Shown in pieces: positions 1-10,986 of a stretch of 64,000 bases of DNA. Positions within the stretch are counted from its first letter, which is position 1. Each line of letters starts with the position of its first letter. Below the pieces are notes generated by a model. That model saw nothing but the letters and a program-made list of their open reading frames with translations. It was not told the DNA's origin and did no database searches. Source of the DNA: Alphaproteobacteria bacterium (lineage in GTDB: Bacteria; Pseudomonadota; Alphaproteobacteria; Bin95); the NCBI GenBank assembly GCA_965205265.1, contig CBDBGH010000003.1, positions 2,592,001-2,656,000 on the forward strand, given 5' to 3'. A program made the position numbers and the translations under genes.

Positions 1-3000
1 GACACGGGGCCGTCCGTCTCGTCGTTGCCGTCGTCCACCGTGGCGACGCTGTAGTCCTTGGTCGTCTCGCCCGCGGCGAAGGACACCGTCTTCACGCCCT
101 GGTCGGCCGCCGCCACGAAATCGCTGCCCGGCGCGTCCGCCACGCTGATGCTGAAGTTGAGGCCGGCAGCCGGCGCCGCCGTCGTCAGCGTCACCGTGAA
201 CACCGCCGCCGTCCCCTCCGTCACCGGCGAGGTCTTCGCCGCGATCGTCGCGGAGTTCGCCGCATGCGTCCGCGTTCCCGCGACCTCGCTCCGGGCCGAG
301 ACGGAATGATCACTGGCGACGACGGTGACCTGAACGTCATACGCGGTGTCGGCCGTCAGGCCCGTGATCTGCGCGCTCGTTTGAGGGTCGCCTGGTCTAG
401 GGTTAGTTTGGATTTGACGGGTATTGACGTACGTCTGGCCGCCGGTCTTCCACCGGACGACGTAATTCAAGGTATCCGCCACCGCGTCCCACGACACGTC
501 GAGCTTGTCCGTCGCGCCCATGACCGGGGTGACGACCAGGTTCGGCACCGCCGGCAGCGCCGCCGAGGTGGTGCCCGACGTCGAATCCGACCACGCCCCG
601 TCGCCCTCGGCGTTCGTCGCCCGCACCTGCACCTGGTAGGACGTGCCCGCATCCAGGCTGCCGATCATCGCCGTCAGGCCCGTCTGGTCCTGCGGGCCGT
701 CGTCCCAGGTCCCGCTCGTGCCCTCCCGGTAGCGCAGGTCGTAGCCCGTGATCGCCGGGCCGGCGTTCGACGGCGCGGTCCACTCCACGTCCAGGCTCGA
801 CGACGAACCCGTCGTCGGCCCCACCGTGGGCGCCGCGGGCTTGCCCGGCGCCTCGGTGTCCACGTCCGTCACCGCCACCGTCACGGTCGCCGTGTCGGTC
901 GCCGTGCCGTCGCTCGCCCGCACCGTCAGGGTGAAGGCGGACGCCGGGTCGGCCGGGTCCGTGAAACTCTCGTAGTTCTCGCCGCTGCCGGTATAGGTGA
1001 TCGCGCCTGTGGATGCGCCGATGGCGAACACGCTGCCGGTGTTGCCCGCCGTGATGCTGTAGGTGATCGAGTCGCCCGTGTCCGCATCCGTCGCCGTCAC
1101 CGTGCCCACCGACACCGCCGTGGTGCTGCCGTCCGCGTTCTCCGCCAGGCTGAAGCTGTAGCTCGCCGCGTCGAACGCGGGCGCGGTGTTGGTCGTCGAC
1201 GAGACCGTGATGTCGAACTCCAGCGTCGCGGTGTCGCCGTCCTCGTCGGTCGCCGTGTAGGTGTAGGTGGTCGCGCTCTGCGCCGCCGTCGGCGTGCCCG
1301 TGAGCATGCGCGTCCCGGCGTCGAAGCCCAGCCCCGCCGGCGGCGCCGGCGACAGGCTGTAGCGCACCGTCCCGTTGCCGCCCGTCGCCGCGGGCAGCGC
1401 CAGGTCCGATATCACCGAGTTCTGGGTGTAGGTCTGGTCGTCGATCGACACCGAGCTGCCGAACGCGGGCGACGAATTCGCCACCAGCGTCGCCGTCATC
1501 CAGACGTGGTCCGCGGTGTTTTCGGCCTGCAGCGCGTGCCGGAGCGAGGCCGTGTCCCCGGCCGCGGCGCCCGGCTGGGCAGTCACGGTGACCGTCTGGG
1601 CCACGTTCCAGTTCGTCGCGTCGTATTCGAGACGGCTCGGTGACACGCTGACCTTGTCGCTGAGCGTCGTGGACCCCTGGGACTGGAACGCAAAGACAGT
1701 GACATGTTCGTTTGTGTTTCCGCCCCCAGGAGCCCGTTTCAGCTTGACCGTATAGGTGATGGACTTGCCAACCGGCACGCTGAGCGCGGTCTTCGACAGG
1801 ACGATCCCCTGCGCGGCGTCCGCCGTCGACGTCGTGCCCGTCCCGGAGTCCGACCACGAGCTGTCGCCCTCGTCGTTGGTCGCGCGCACCTGCACCTGGT
1901 AGGATGTGCCCGCCGTGAGGCTGGGGATCTTCGCCGTGAGGCCGGTCTGGTCCTGCGGGCCGTTCTCCCAGGTCCCGCTCGTGCCCTCCCGGTAGCGCAG
2001 GTCGTAGCTCGCGATCGCCGGGCCGGCGTTCGACGGCGCCGTCCAGGTCACGTCGAGGCTCGTCGTCGAACTCGCCGTCGGCGTCACCGTCGGCGCGGCC
2101 GGCTTGCCCGGCGCCTCGGTGTTGTCGTCTGTCACCGCCACCGTCACGGTCGCCGTGTCGGTCGCCGTGCCGTCGCTCGCCTGCACCGTCAGGGTGAAGG
2201 CCGAGGCCGGGTCGGCCGGGTCGGTGAAGCTCTCGTAGTTCTCGCCGCTGCCGGTATAGGTGATCGCGCCGGTGGAGGAGATCGCGAACACGCTGCCCGT
2301 GTTGCCCGCGGTGATGCTGTAGCTCACCGTGTCGCCGGTGTCGGCATCGGTCGCCGATACCGTGCCCACCGACACCGCGTTCGTGCTGCCGTCCGCGTTC
2401 TCCGCCAGGGTGAAGCTGTAGCTCGCCGAACCGAACGCGGGCGCCCGGTTCGACGGCGCCGCCACCGCGATGGTGAAGGTCAGCTCGGCCTTGTCGCCGT
2501 GGCTGTCCGTCGCCCGCCAGATGTAGCTCACCGCCGACTGCGTCGCCGTCGGCGTGCCGGTGATCTTGCGGTTCGTCGAGTCGTAGCTCAGCCCCGCCGG
2601 CAGCGTCCCCACCAGCGCATACTCCACCGTGCCGTCGCCGCCCGACGCCGTCGGCAGCGTCAGCTCCGCGATCTGCGCGTTCTGCGTATAGGACTGGTCG
2701 TCGATGGTGCTCCCGCCGAATGACGGCGCCGTCCCCTCGATGACCGTGATGCTGAAACTCACCGTCGCCTTCTCGCGGTCGGTGTCCTCGGCCTGCCAGG
2801 TTTCGCTCGTCGCCACCTGCCGCGCCGTCGGCGTGCCCTTCAGCGTGTAGGTGCCGCCCGACCGCTCGACCGTCAGCCCGGTCGGCAGCGGCAGCGTCGA
2901 GATGGCGTGACTGAGCGGCGCGTTGCCGCCCGTCGCCAGGGGCAGCGTCACCGGCGTCATCATGGAATCCTTGGTCAGCACCAGGTCGTCGATGCCCGTG

Positions 3001-6000
3001 CCGAAGGTCGGCGTCGCGTTCGCCACCACCTCCAGCGAGAAGGTCAGCTCGGCCTTGTCGCCGTTGTTGTCGGTCGCCACCAGCGTGTAGGTCGAGGCAG
3101 ACTTCACCGCCGTCGGCGTGCCCACCACCCAGACGTTGCTGTTCTGGAACTGCAGGCCGGTCGGCAGGGTTTCCTTGACGCTGTAGGTCACCGGGCTGTC
3201 GCCGCCGGTCGCCAGGGGGAAGAAGGTCGACCGGTTGTACTTGTTGACCGCGAACACGAGGTCCGGGATCGACGCCCCGTCCGGGAAGGACGGCACCGCG
3301 TTGGCGGTCACCGCGATGGTGAAGGTCAGCGTGTCGGAATCCGGGTTGGTCGCGTCGCTGTCCGTCACCTTGTAGGTGTAGGTCGTGGCGTTCTGCGTCG
3401 TCGTCGGCTTGCCGGTGAGCTTGCGGGTCGCGGGATTGAAGCTCAGGCCCGCCGGCGGGTTCGGGGAGATGCTGTAGATCAGCGCGCCGTCGCCGCCGGT
3501 CGCCGCCGGCAGCGTCAGGTCCACCGCGCGGAGTTGCGGAAAGGACTGGGCCGCAACGGTCTCGGAGCCGAAGTCCGGCACCAGGTCGGTCACGCCGTCG
3601 TCATCGGTCAATGTCAGGGCGGCGCACACAAACTGCGTGTTGGCCACGCCATTGAAATTACCAATGTCGCACTTCCGCGTGAGCAGTCCGGAATTCGACA
3701 CGTCACTCGGATACGCATGCACCACGAGCGTTTTGTTCACCCCGACACGGTCGTTGTTGCGCGCCGTGATCGTCACCGTGCCGGTGCTCGTGGTCGCGCC
3801 CGCCGCGATCGTCAGCGTCTTGTTCGTGCTGAAGGAGAAATCCGTGCCTTCGACCAGCTCAGTCCCCGCATGGTCTGGATCGGAAGCGGCCTTGACGGTT
3901 ATCCGGACTTCCCGGGACACCGCAGCGCTGAGCGATGCAGTGACCGTGGCCGAGCCGCCGTTCTCGGAGATCGACGATGAACTCAACGCCAGCGTCAGGG
4001 TCGGCCGGGTCCCCGACACCGCGATGGTGAAGGTCAGCTCGTCCGAGTCCGGATCGCTGGCATCGCTGTCCGTCACCTTCCAGGTGTAGGTCACCGCCGA
4101 CTGCGCCTCCGTCGGCGTGCCGGTGATCTGCCGGGTGTTGGCGTTGTAGCTCAGCCCCGCCGGCAGCGTCCCCACCAGCTCGTAGTTCAATGCACCGTCG
4201 CCGCCCGTCGCCGCCGGCAGGGTCAGCGGCGTGATCTGCGTGTTCCGGGTGTAGGACTGGTTGGAGATGGTGTTGGTGCCGAACGTCGGCACTTCGTCGA
4301 TCACCGTCCCCTTCGCCGTGCCGTTGATGCGAAGCTTGAAGGAATTGGTCCACGTCAACCACGTTCCGGACGTCGCGCCCCGGTTTCGATACAGGTTGCC
4401 GTCGCCGAGGCTCCAGCCAGCCAAACCGGTCTCGGCGTCGCTCGCGGTGACATCTACGCCCAAAATTCCGGTGTCGATGTCAACAACCACAAAGTAGGGG
4501 GTGTTCGCGGTCAGATCGAGGCCCGGGTGGGTGTAGGTGCGCGCGCCTGCCGTCGACGACCCCGTCAACGTGCCCAACACGGCACCCGGCTGATCTCCCG
4601 TCGCGCTGTTGACTGTTACGGTAACGCTGGTGGCATTGGAGAACCCGGCGAATTCGACGCTGGTCAGCCTGTAGCCGTCCGGGTTGCTGCCGGTGGTGAA
4701 TGCCAGAGCCTGATCGAATTGTGACAGATTAGCCGCGACATTGGCATTGGTCTCATCATGGTTGCTGACCAGCACGGAGTCGCTTGCGCCACTCGGCCCG
4801 GAGAAGGTTTGCGGCCCGGAGAAGACTTGCGGCGCGGCGCGGAATTGTGGCCTGTCGTCGTCTCTCACCGTCACCGACGCGCGCTTTGCCGTGCCGAGCG
4901 TGTAGCCGGTGCCGCCGGCCAGCGTCACCGTCACGCTGCCGTCGGGCTCGTCGTCCCCGTCGCCCGTCGTGACGACACGGTAGGTCCCGGTCGTGGCGCC
5001 CCCGGCGATGGCGAGCGTCTTCGCACCCTCGTCGGCCGAGGCCACGAAATCGCCGTTGGCGGACTCGCTCACGGTGAGGTTCACCGTCAGACCGGCGGCC
5101 GGCGCCACACTCGACAGCGTCACCGTGAACTGCGCCGCCGTCCCCTCCGTCACCGGGGAGGTCCCGGCCGCGATGGTGGCGGCCGGCTTGCCCGGCGCGT
5201 CGTCGTCCACGTCGGTCACGCCCACCGTCACGGTCGCCTCGGTGTAGGCCGCGCCGTCGCTCGCCCGCACGCGCAGGCTGTAGGCCCGCGCCGGGGTCGC
5301 GAAGCTCTCGAAATCCTCGCCGCGCCCGCGGTAGGTGATCGCCCCGCTCGAGGAGATGTCGAACACGTTGCCCGTGTTCCCGGACTCGATGCTGTAGGCG
5401 AGCGTGTCGCCGGCGTCCGCATCCGTCGCCGAGACCGTGCCCACCGACACCGGCGTCGCGCTGCCGTCCGCATTCTCCGCCAGCGTGAAGCGGTAGCTCG
5501 CTGCGCCGAAGGCGGGCGCGCTGTTCGGCGCGGACGCCGCCGCGCCGGTCCGCGTCCCGGTGACCTCGCCGTGGGCCAGCTTCCAGTAGCCGCTGTCGAA
5601 CACCCGGACCTGGACGTCGTACACGGTGTCGGGATCGAGGCCGTTGATCCGCGCGCTCGTCGGATGCCTGCCTTCCTCGACCGTGACGACGACGCCGCGG
5701 CGATGGTGGTAGGCCTGGCTGCCGGTCTTGTACCAGACGGAATAGATGAAGGCGTCGTCGACCTCGTCCCAGGTGACGTCGAGCCTGTCTCCGGAGCCCG
5801 GGACCGCGCTCACCGTCAGGTTCGGCACCGCCGGAACGTCCCGGGCCTGCGCGGGAAGTGCGGCGAGCGCACCCAGCGACAGGAGGAGGAAGGCCCCGGC
5901 GAGGGCGCGCCGGGCTCCGGACCGGAGCCCGGCGAAGACGGGAAGGAGGAAGCGGGAAGCGGGCCCGCCGCGCGGCGGTCGGGACGAACCCGAAAGGGCT

Positions 6001-6110
6001 AGGTCAGAGGAGCAGTCCCGGCGTGGGGACGGATGAAGGCGAGAGGCAAGACACAGGAGCCCGCTCGGCGCTCGGCGCTCGGCGCTCGGCGCTCGGCGCT
6101 CGGCGCTAAA
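1..6110 (-). CDS. Giant multidomain surface/adhesin protein (FN3, cadherin-like, Calx-beta-like, putative Ig/He_PIG repeats); runs off the left edge; 5' end frameshifted at a heptamer repeat
   Basis: Manual translation in the frame with codons starting at position = 2 mod 3, spot-checked at 1-60, 361-420, 1681-1740, 3001-3060, 4681-4740 and 5821-6110. Signal peptide ...RRALAGAFLLLSLGALAALPAQA|RDV. FN3 (LDVTW...YDLRYR...YQVQVRATN), cadherin (APAF..ASYSFTLAENADGS...VGTVSATDAD), Ig-like (LPAATGGDG...LPAGLS...TGTPT) and Calx-beta-like (TSPVTEGTAA.FTVTL...DDEPDG) modules. Absent from the ORF track because there is no stop in the window. Confidence 0.93.
587..2444 (-). repeat. Two near-identical ~0.6 kb cadherin+FN3 modules within the surface gene (about 587-1184 and 1849-2444)
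   Basis: Long shared DNA stretches, e.g. caggtcccgctcgtgccctcccggtagcgcaggtcgtagc and tcgtagttctcgccgctgccggtataggtgatcgcgcc, occur in both copies. Confidence 0.9.
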
Positions 6111-6178
6111 TTATATACGAGGCAACGAAACACCGATGTCAAGCTCTTGTCCGGAAAACGCAAACGCTCCATGACCAT
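5999..6178 (-). other. Out-of-frame 5' segment of the surface protein gene (59-aa OFF-phase product MVMERLRFPDKSLTSVFRCLVYNLAPSAERRAPSAERRAG...)
   Basis: ATGs at 6178 and 6172 read through the repeat to TAG at 6001-5999; 7 or 4 repeat units would join them to the long ORF. Confidence 0.7.
6062..6107. repeat. Simple sequence repeat (CGCTCGG)x6 + CGCT in the 5' coding region of the surface protein gene
   Basis: Read directly: cgctcgg x6 at 6062-6103, then cgct. Confidence 0.98.
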
Positions 6179-6539
6179 ACCCCGAATCCAATCCCCGCAT
6201 GCGCGGGCACGATAGACCGGTGGAATGGAAAACGCCAGATGCGGCCGCTGTCAAGCGCCGCCATTCGCCGCCGGGTCCGCCACGCGGACAGTCGGTCGCA
6301 AGCCTGCGGACACTCCGGTCATCCATCGCGACATAACGCCGGCGCCGTGACGGTCCGCAAATTCGCTGATAGGGTGCCGCCGGGTATCGTGGTCGGCGTC
6401 GGGAGCGCTCGACGTGGGATCGTTCCTCGGGGGGTGTGCTGGCGGACTGCCAGATCGACAAGACCCCTCGTTGGGGTGAATCCTCTTACAGTATGCTTAC
6501 GCTGGCCCGATTCCAACAGTAGCCGGTCGGGCCGCGAAC

Positions 6540-8609
6540 ATGTCACAAGATACTGAAAATACATCGAAAAAGTCCGTTTCCGGCGGTGGAATACGCATCG
6601 GAGTGGATGTCGGCGGCACCTTCACCGACTTCTCCGCCGTCAACGACCGGACCGGCGAAACCCATGTCTTCAAGCGCCCCTCGACGCCGGACGACCCGAG
6701 CCGCGCCATCCTGGAGGGCATCCGGGAGATGGCGGACGCCTGCGGGATCGCCCTCGACGAGGTTTCCCGGCTCGCCCACGGCACGACGGTCGCAACCAAT
6801 GCGCTGCTCCAGGGCAAGGGCGGCCGGGTGGCGCTGGTCACCACCGAAGGCTTCCGGGACCTGCTGGAGATCGGCCGGCAGGTCCGCCCGCACATGTACG
6901 ATTTCCGCCGCAGCTTTCCGGCCCCGCCCGTGCCGGCGGAGCGGCGCTTCGAGCTTGCCGAGCGCATGGATGCGGCGGGCGAGCCGGTGCGCGCGCCGAC
7001 GGAGGCGGATATCGAGGCGGCCGTGGAGGCGGTGCGCGCGAGCGGCGCGGAGGCCTGCGCCGTCTGCTTCCTGTTCGCCTATCTGAACGGGGCGCATGAG
7101 CGGGCGCTGGCGGATGCGCTCAGCGCCGCGCTGCCGGCGCTGCATGTCTCGCTCTCCTCCGAAGTGCAGCCGGAGTTCCGGGAGTTCGAACGGTTCTCGA
7201 CCACGGCCGTGAACGCCTATCTGCAATCGGTCATGGAGCGTTACCTCGGCCGGCTGGAAGAAGGCCTTTCAGCCGTAGCGCCCCGCGCCAGCCTGGGCAT
7301 CAACCAGTCGAGCGGCGGGCTGATGTCGGCGGCGCGCGCCCGCGCCTTCCCCGTCCGCACCGCGCTTTCGGGGCCGGCGGCGGGCGTCGTCGGCGCGGTC
7401 CACGCCGCCCGCAGCGCCGGCTTCGGCGACCTCGTCACGCTCGACATGGGCGGCACCAGCGCGGATATGGCGCTCATCCGGGGCGGCGAGGCGGACATTG
7501 CCTATGAGCGCGCCGTGGCGGGCTTTCCCATCCGCCTGCCGCAGATCGACATTGCGACCATCGGGGCGGGCGGCGGCTCCATCGCCTGGTTCGACCGCGA
7601 CGGGCTGATGAAGGTCGGCCCCGGGAGCGCCGGCGCCGACCCCGGCCCCGCCTGCTACGGGCGCGGCAACACGGAGCCGACCGTCACCGACGCGAACCTG
7701 CTGCTTGGGCGGCTCAGCCCGCGCGGCCTGCTGGACGGCGGCATGCGGCTCGACGAAGGCAGGGCCCGCGCCGCCTTCGAACCGGCGGCCCGGCGCCTCG
7801 GCCTTTCGGTCGAGCGCACGGCGGAAGGCGTGCTCGACATCGTGGCCGCCAACATGATCCGCGCGATCCGCACGGTCTCGGTGGAGCGCGGCCACGACCC
7901 GCGCGGCTACGTGCTGGCCGCCTTCGGCGGGGCCGGGCCGCTGCATGCGCGCGATGTGGCCGCCGGTCTCGGTATCGGCAAGATCCTGGTGCCGCCCGCG
8001 CCCGGCATCGTGTGCGCGGAGGGCCTGCTGGTCTCGGACCTCCGCGAGACCTTCACCCGCAGCGAGCGCATCGCCGTCTCGCGCAAGGCGTTTGACCGCA
8101 TCGCGGCCATTCTGGAAGAGCTGGAAGAACAGGCCCGGCTCTGGTTCGCAGGCGAACCGGGCGCGGAAGGCCGGCGGACCGAAGCATCGCTCGACATGCG
8201 CCATGTCGGGCAGAATTTCGAGCTCGCCGTGGCGTTGCCGGACAGGCTGGACGAGCTCGGCGACCGGTTCCTCGATGCGCATGAGTCCGCCTACGGCTTC
8301 CGCAATCCGGAGGACCCGGTCGAAATCGTCAATCTGCGCCTGACGGCGAAGGCCCGCCTCTACCGGGCGCCCGAAACGGAATTGCCGCCTGCCGACGGGC
8401 CGCCCGCGCCGAGGGAGCGCCGGCCCGTCCGCTTCGCGGGACAGGAGTTCCCGGAGACACCCGTTTACGACCGCGCCCGGCTCGGGGCCGGCGCCCTTGT
8501 CGCCGGGCCGGCCGTCATCGAACAACTCGACGCCACCGCCGTCGTCTGGCCGGGCGACGCGGCCGCGGTGGACGCCCACGGCAACCTCACCGTCCGGATC
8601 GCACCATGA
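6540..8609 (+). CDS. hyuA: Hydantoinase/oxoprolinase subunit A
   Basis: IGVDVGGTFTD, HGTTVATN, SGPAAG, DMGGTS, IGAGGGS, GADPGPACYG motifs. Confidence 0.93.
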   Translation: MSQDTENTSKKSVSGGGIRIGVDVGGTFTDFSAVNDRTGETHVFKRPSTPDDPSRAILEGIREMADACGIALDEVSRLAHGTTVATNALLQGKGGRVALVTTEGFRDLLEIGRQVRPHMYDFRRSFPAPPVPAERRFELAERMDAAGEPVRAPTEADIEAAVEAVRASGAEACAVCFLFAYLNGAHERALADALSAALPALHVSLSSEVQPEFREFERFSTTAVNAYLQSVMERYLGRLEEGLSAVAPRASLGINQSSGGLMSAARARAFPVRTALSGPAAGVVGAVHAARSAGFGDLVTLDMGGTSADMALIRGGEADIAYERAVAGFPIRLPQIDIATIGAGGGSIAWFDRDGLMKVGPGSAGADPGPACYGRGNTEPTVTDANLLLGRLSPRGLLDGGMRLDEGRARAAFEPAARRLGLSVERTAEGVLDIVAANMIRAIRTVSVERGHDPRGYVLAAFGGAGPLHARDVAAGLGIGKILVPPAPGIVCAEGLLVSDLRETFTRSERIAVSRKAFDRIAAILEELEEQARLWFAGEPGAEGRRTEASLDMRHVGQNFELAVALPDRLDELGDRFLDAHESAYGFRNPEDPVEIVNLRLTAKARLYRAPETELPPADGPPAPRERRPVRFAGQEFPETPVYDRARLGAGALVAGPAVIEQLDATAVVWPGDAAAVDAHGNLTVRIAP

Positions 8610-10192
8610 CCGCACTCGACCCCATCGGCCTCGAAATCCTCGCCAACGCGCTGCGCTCCATAACCGACGAAACCTTCGCCGCGCTGATGAAGAGCGCCTA
8701 CTCCACCAATATCAAGGAGCGGCACGACCACTCGACCGCCATCATGGACGCGAAGGGACGGCTGATCGCGCAGGCGGAGCAGTCCCTGCCGATCCACATC
8801 GCGTCCATGAGCGGGCTGATGGAGTGCCTGCTGGCTCGTTACGGCGACGATATCGAGGAAGGCGACATCGTCATCGCCAACGACCCGCACATAGCGGGCG
8901 GCACGCACCTTCCCGACATCAACATGGCCGCGCCGGTCTTCGCGGACGGGCGCATCGTCGCCTGGGTCTGCAATATCGCCCACCACGCCGATGTCGGCGG
9001 CATGGCGCCCGGATCCATGGCCGGCGGCATGTCGGAAATCTACCAGGAAGGCCTGCGCGTGCCGGTGGTCAAGCTCTTCCGCAGGGGCGAGTTGCAGAGC
9101 GAGCTGTTCGACCTCGTGCTGCTGAATGTGCGCCTGCCGAACGAGCGGCGGGGGGACTATTTCGCCCAGGTCGCCGCCTGCAATCTGGGGGTGAGGCGCA
9201 TGGCGGAGACCATCGAGGCCTATGGCGCCGATACCGTCCTCGCCGCCTTCGAGGACATGCTGGCGCGCACTGCCGGACGCATGGCGGACGCCATCCGGGC
9301 CATCCCGGACGGCACCTACCGCTTCCAGGACGTCATGGACGATGACGGCATCGAGACCCGCGACATTCCCATCGTGCTCACCGTCGAGAAGAAGGGCGAA
9401 CGCGCGCGCTTCGACTTTTCCGGCACTGCGCCGCAAGTGCCTGGCAATATCAACGTGACCATGAACGCGACCGTCGCCGCGGTCACCTACACGCTCAAGG
9501 CGCTACTCGACCCGGAGGTGCCGAACAACCAGGCGGTGATCGACTGCGTGGAGATATCCGCGCCGCGCGGCTCGCTGCTCAACGCCGTCTTCCCCGCCCC
9601 CGTGGCGGCGCGGGCGCATACCTGCCAGCGGATCATCGATGTCGTGTTCGGCGCGCTGGCGCCGGCCGTGCCGGACCGCGCGCCGGCGGCCGGCAACGGC
9701 GCCAACACCACCGCCGTCTTCTCCGGCATCGACCCTCGCACGGGCGAGGGCTACCTCTATCTGGAAACGCTGGGCGGCGGGGCCGGCGGCTGGCCGGGCG
9801 GCCACGGCAAGGACGGCGTGCAGGTCGGCATCACCAACACCTCCAACCTGCCGGTCGAGGCCATCGAGACCGAATATCCTCTCCGGGTCGAGCGTTACGG
9901 CCTGCTGGAGGGCTCCGGCGGCGCAGGGCGGTTCCGCGGCGGGCGTGGGCTCTACCGCGTCGTGCGCCCGGTCGGGCATGACTGCCTGTTCAACGGCGCG
10001 GGCGAGCGCTTCTCCAACGCCCCCTGGGGCCTCGCCGGCGGGAAGCCCGGCGGCCGGGGCCGCTTTGCGCTGCTGGACGGTGCCGGGGCCGAAACCCCGC
10101 TTGAGATCAAGCCGTCGGGCGTCATCGTGCGCGAGGGCGAAGGGCTGCGCGTCGAGACCCCCGGCGCGGGCGGGTTCGGGTCCCCGTCGTGA
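8606..10192 (+). CDS. hyuB: Hydantoinase B/oxoprolinase family protein
   Basis: SAYSTNIKERHDHS, NDP..GGTHLPD, HHADVGG, ETPGAGGFG; overlaps the hyuA stop. Confidence 0.93.
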   Translation: MTALDPIGLEILANALRSITDETFAALMKSAYSTNIKERHDHSTAIMDAKGRLIAQAEQSLPIHIASMSGLMECLLARYGDDIEEGDIVIANDPHIAGGTHLPDINMAAPVFADGRIVAWVCNIAHHADVGGMAPGSMAGGMSEIYQEGLRVPVVKLFRRGELQSELFDLVLLNVRLPNERRGDYFAQVAACNLGVRRMAETIEAYGADTVLAAFEDMLARTAGRMADAIRAIPDGTYRFQDVMDDDGIETRDIPIVLTVEKKGERARFDFSGTAPQVPGNINVTMNATVAAVTYTLKALLDPEVPNNQAVIDCVEISAPRGSLLNAVFPAPVAARAHTCQRIIDVVFGALAPAVPDRAPAAGNGANTTAVFSGIDPRTGEGYLYLETLGGGAGGWPGGHGKDGVQVGITNTSNLPVEAIETEYPLRVERYGLLEGSGGAGRFRGGRGLYRVVRPVGHDCLFNGAGERFSNAPWGLAGGKPGGRGRFALLDGAGAETPLEIKPSGVIVREGEGLRVETPGAGGFGSPS

Positions 10193-10986
10193 GCCCTGTC
10201 CGGGTGGAGCGGGAGGGGATCGCCCTTCACGTCCTGCTGACGCGGCCGGAACGCCGCAACGCGCTGACCCAGGAGACGATGGACGCGCTGCTTGTTGCGT
10301 TCCGGAATGCGAAGGAGTCGGACGCGCGCGCGGTCGTGCTGCGCGGCGAGGGCGGGCAGTTCTCGGCAGGCGGCGACATGTCCATGCTGGGCGACATCCC
10401 GCCGCCTGCGGACCCGGACCCGCTCTTTCCCGTCTATCGCAAGATGGGCCATGTGCTGGAACTGCTGAACGCGCTGCCGCAGGCTGTGATCGCGGTGGTC
10501 GAGGGAGCCTGCACGGGCGGCGGCCTCGGCATGGCCTGCTGCTCCGATGTCGTCATCGTCACCGAGGACGCAAAGATCGGCCTGCCCGAGGCGCGCGCCG
10601 GCTTCATCCCGGCGCAGGTGATCCCCCATATCGTGCGCCGCATGGGCGAAGGCTGGACCCGGCGGCTGGTCGCAACCGGCACGATACTGGACGGTCACGA
10701 CGCGCTCCGCGACGGCCTCGCCCACATTCTCGTATCCGGACGCGAGGAAGCCGACAGGGCGCTGAGGGAGGTGCTGGAGCAGGTCTGCCGCTCGGAGCCG
10801 AACGCGGTCGCGGAGGCGAAGCGGCTGGTCATCTCCGCCTCCGACCGCCCGGTGGACGAAACCCTGGACGACGCCGCCCGCACCATAGCCGCCCTATTGC
10901 GCGCCCCCGCCGCCCGCGCCGGCATAGACGCCTTCCGCGCAAAGCGCCCGCCTCCCTGGGCGGAAGAGGACGGTGACACCGGATAG
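10189..10986 (+). CDS. Enoyl-CoA hydratase/isomerase (crotonase) family protein
   Basis: RPERRNAL, FSAGGD, GGGLGMA, GLPE motifs. Confidence 0.9.
   Translation: MSPVRVEREGIALHVLLTRPERRNALTQETMDALLVAFRNAKESDARAVVLRGEGGQFSAGGDMSMLGDIPPPADPDPLFPVYRKMGHVLELLNALPQAVIAVVEGACTGGGLGMACCSDVVIVTEDAKIGLPEARAGFIPAQVIPHIVRRMGEGWTRRLVATGTILDGHDALRDGLAHILVSGREEADRALREVLEQVCRSEPNAVAEAKRLVISASDRPVDETLDDAARTIAALLRAPAARAGIDAFRAKRPPPWAEEDGDTG

Noticed and set aside
4796-4833. 18-bp tandem duplication (PQVFSG/PQTFSG) in the adhesin linker
   Set aside because: In frame and only two units; cannot switch phase
264-6002. Long Arg/Gly-rich ORFs in the track (264-1643, 403-1857, 1704-2723, 2907-3980, 4758-6002)
   Set aside because: Shadow frames of the minus-strand adhesin in high-GC DNA
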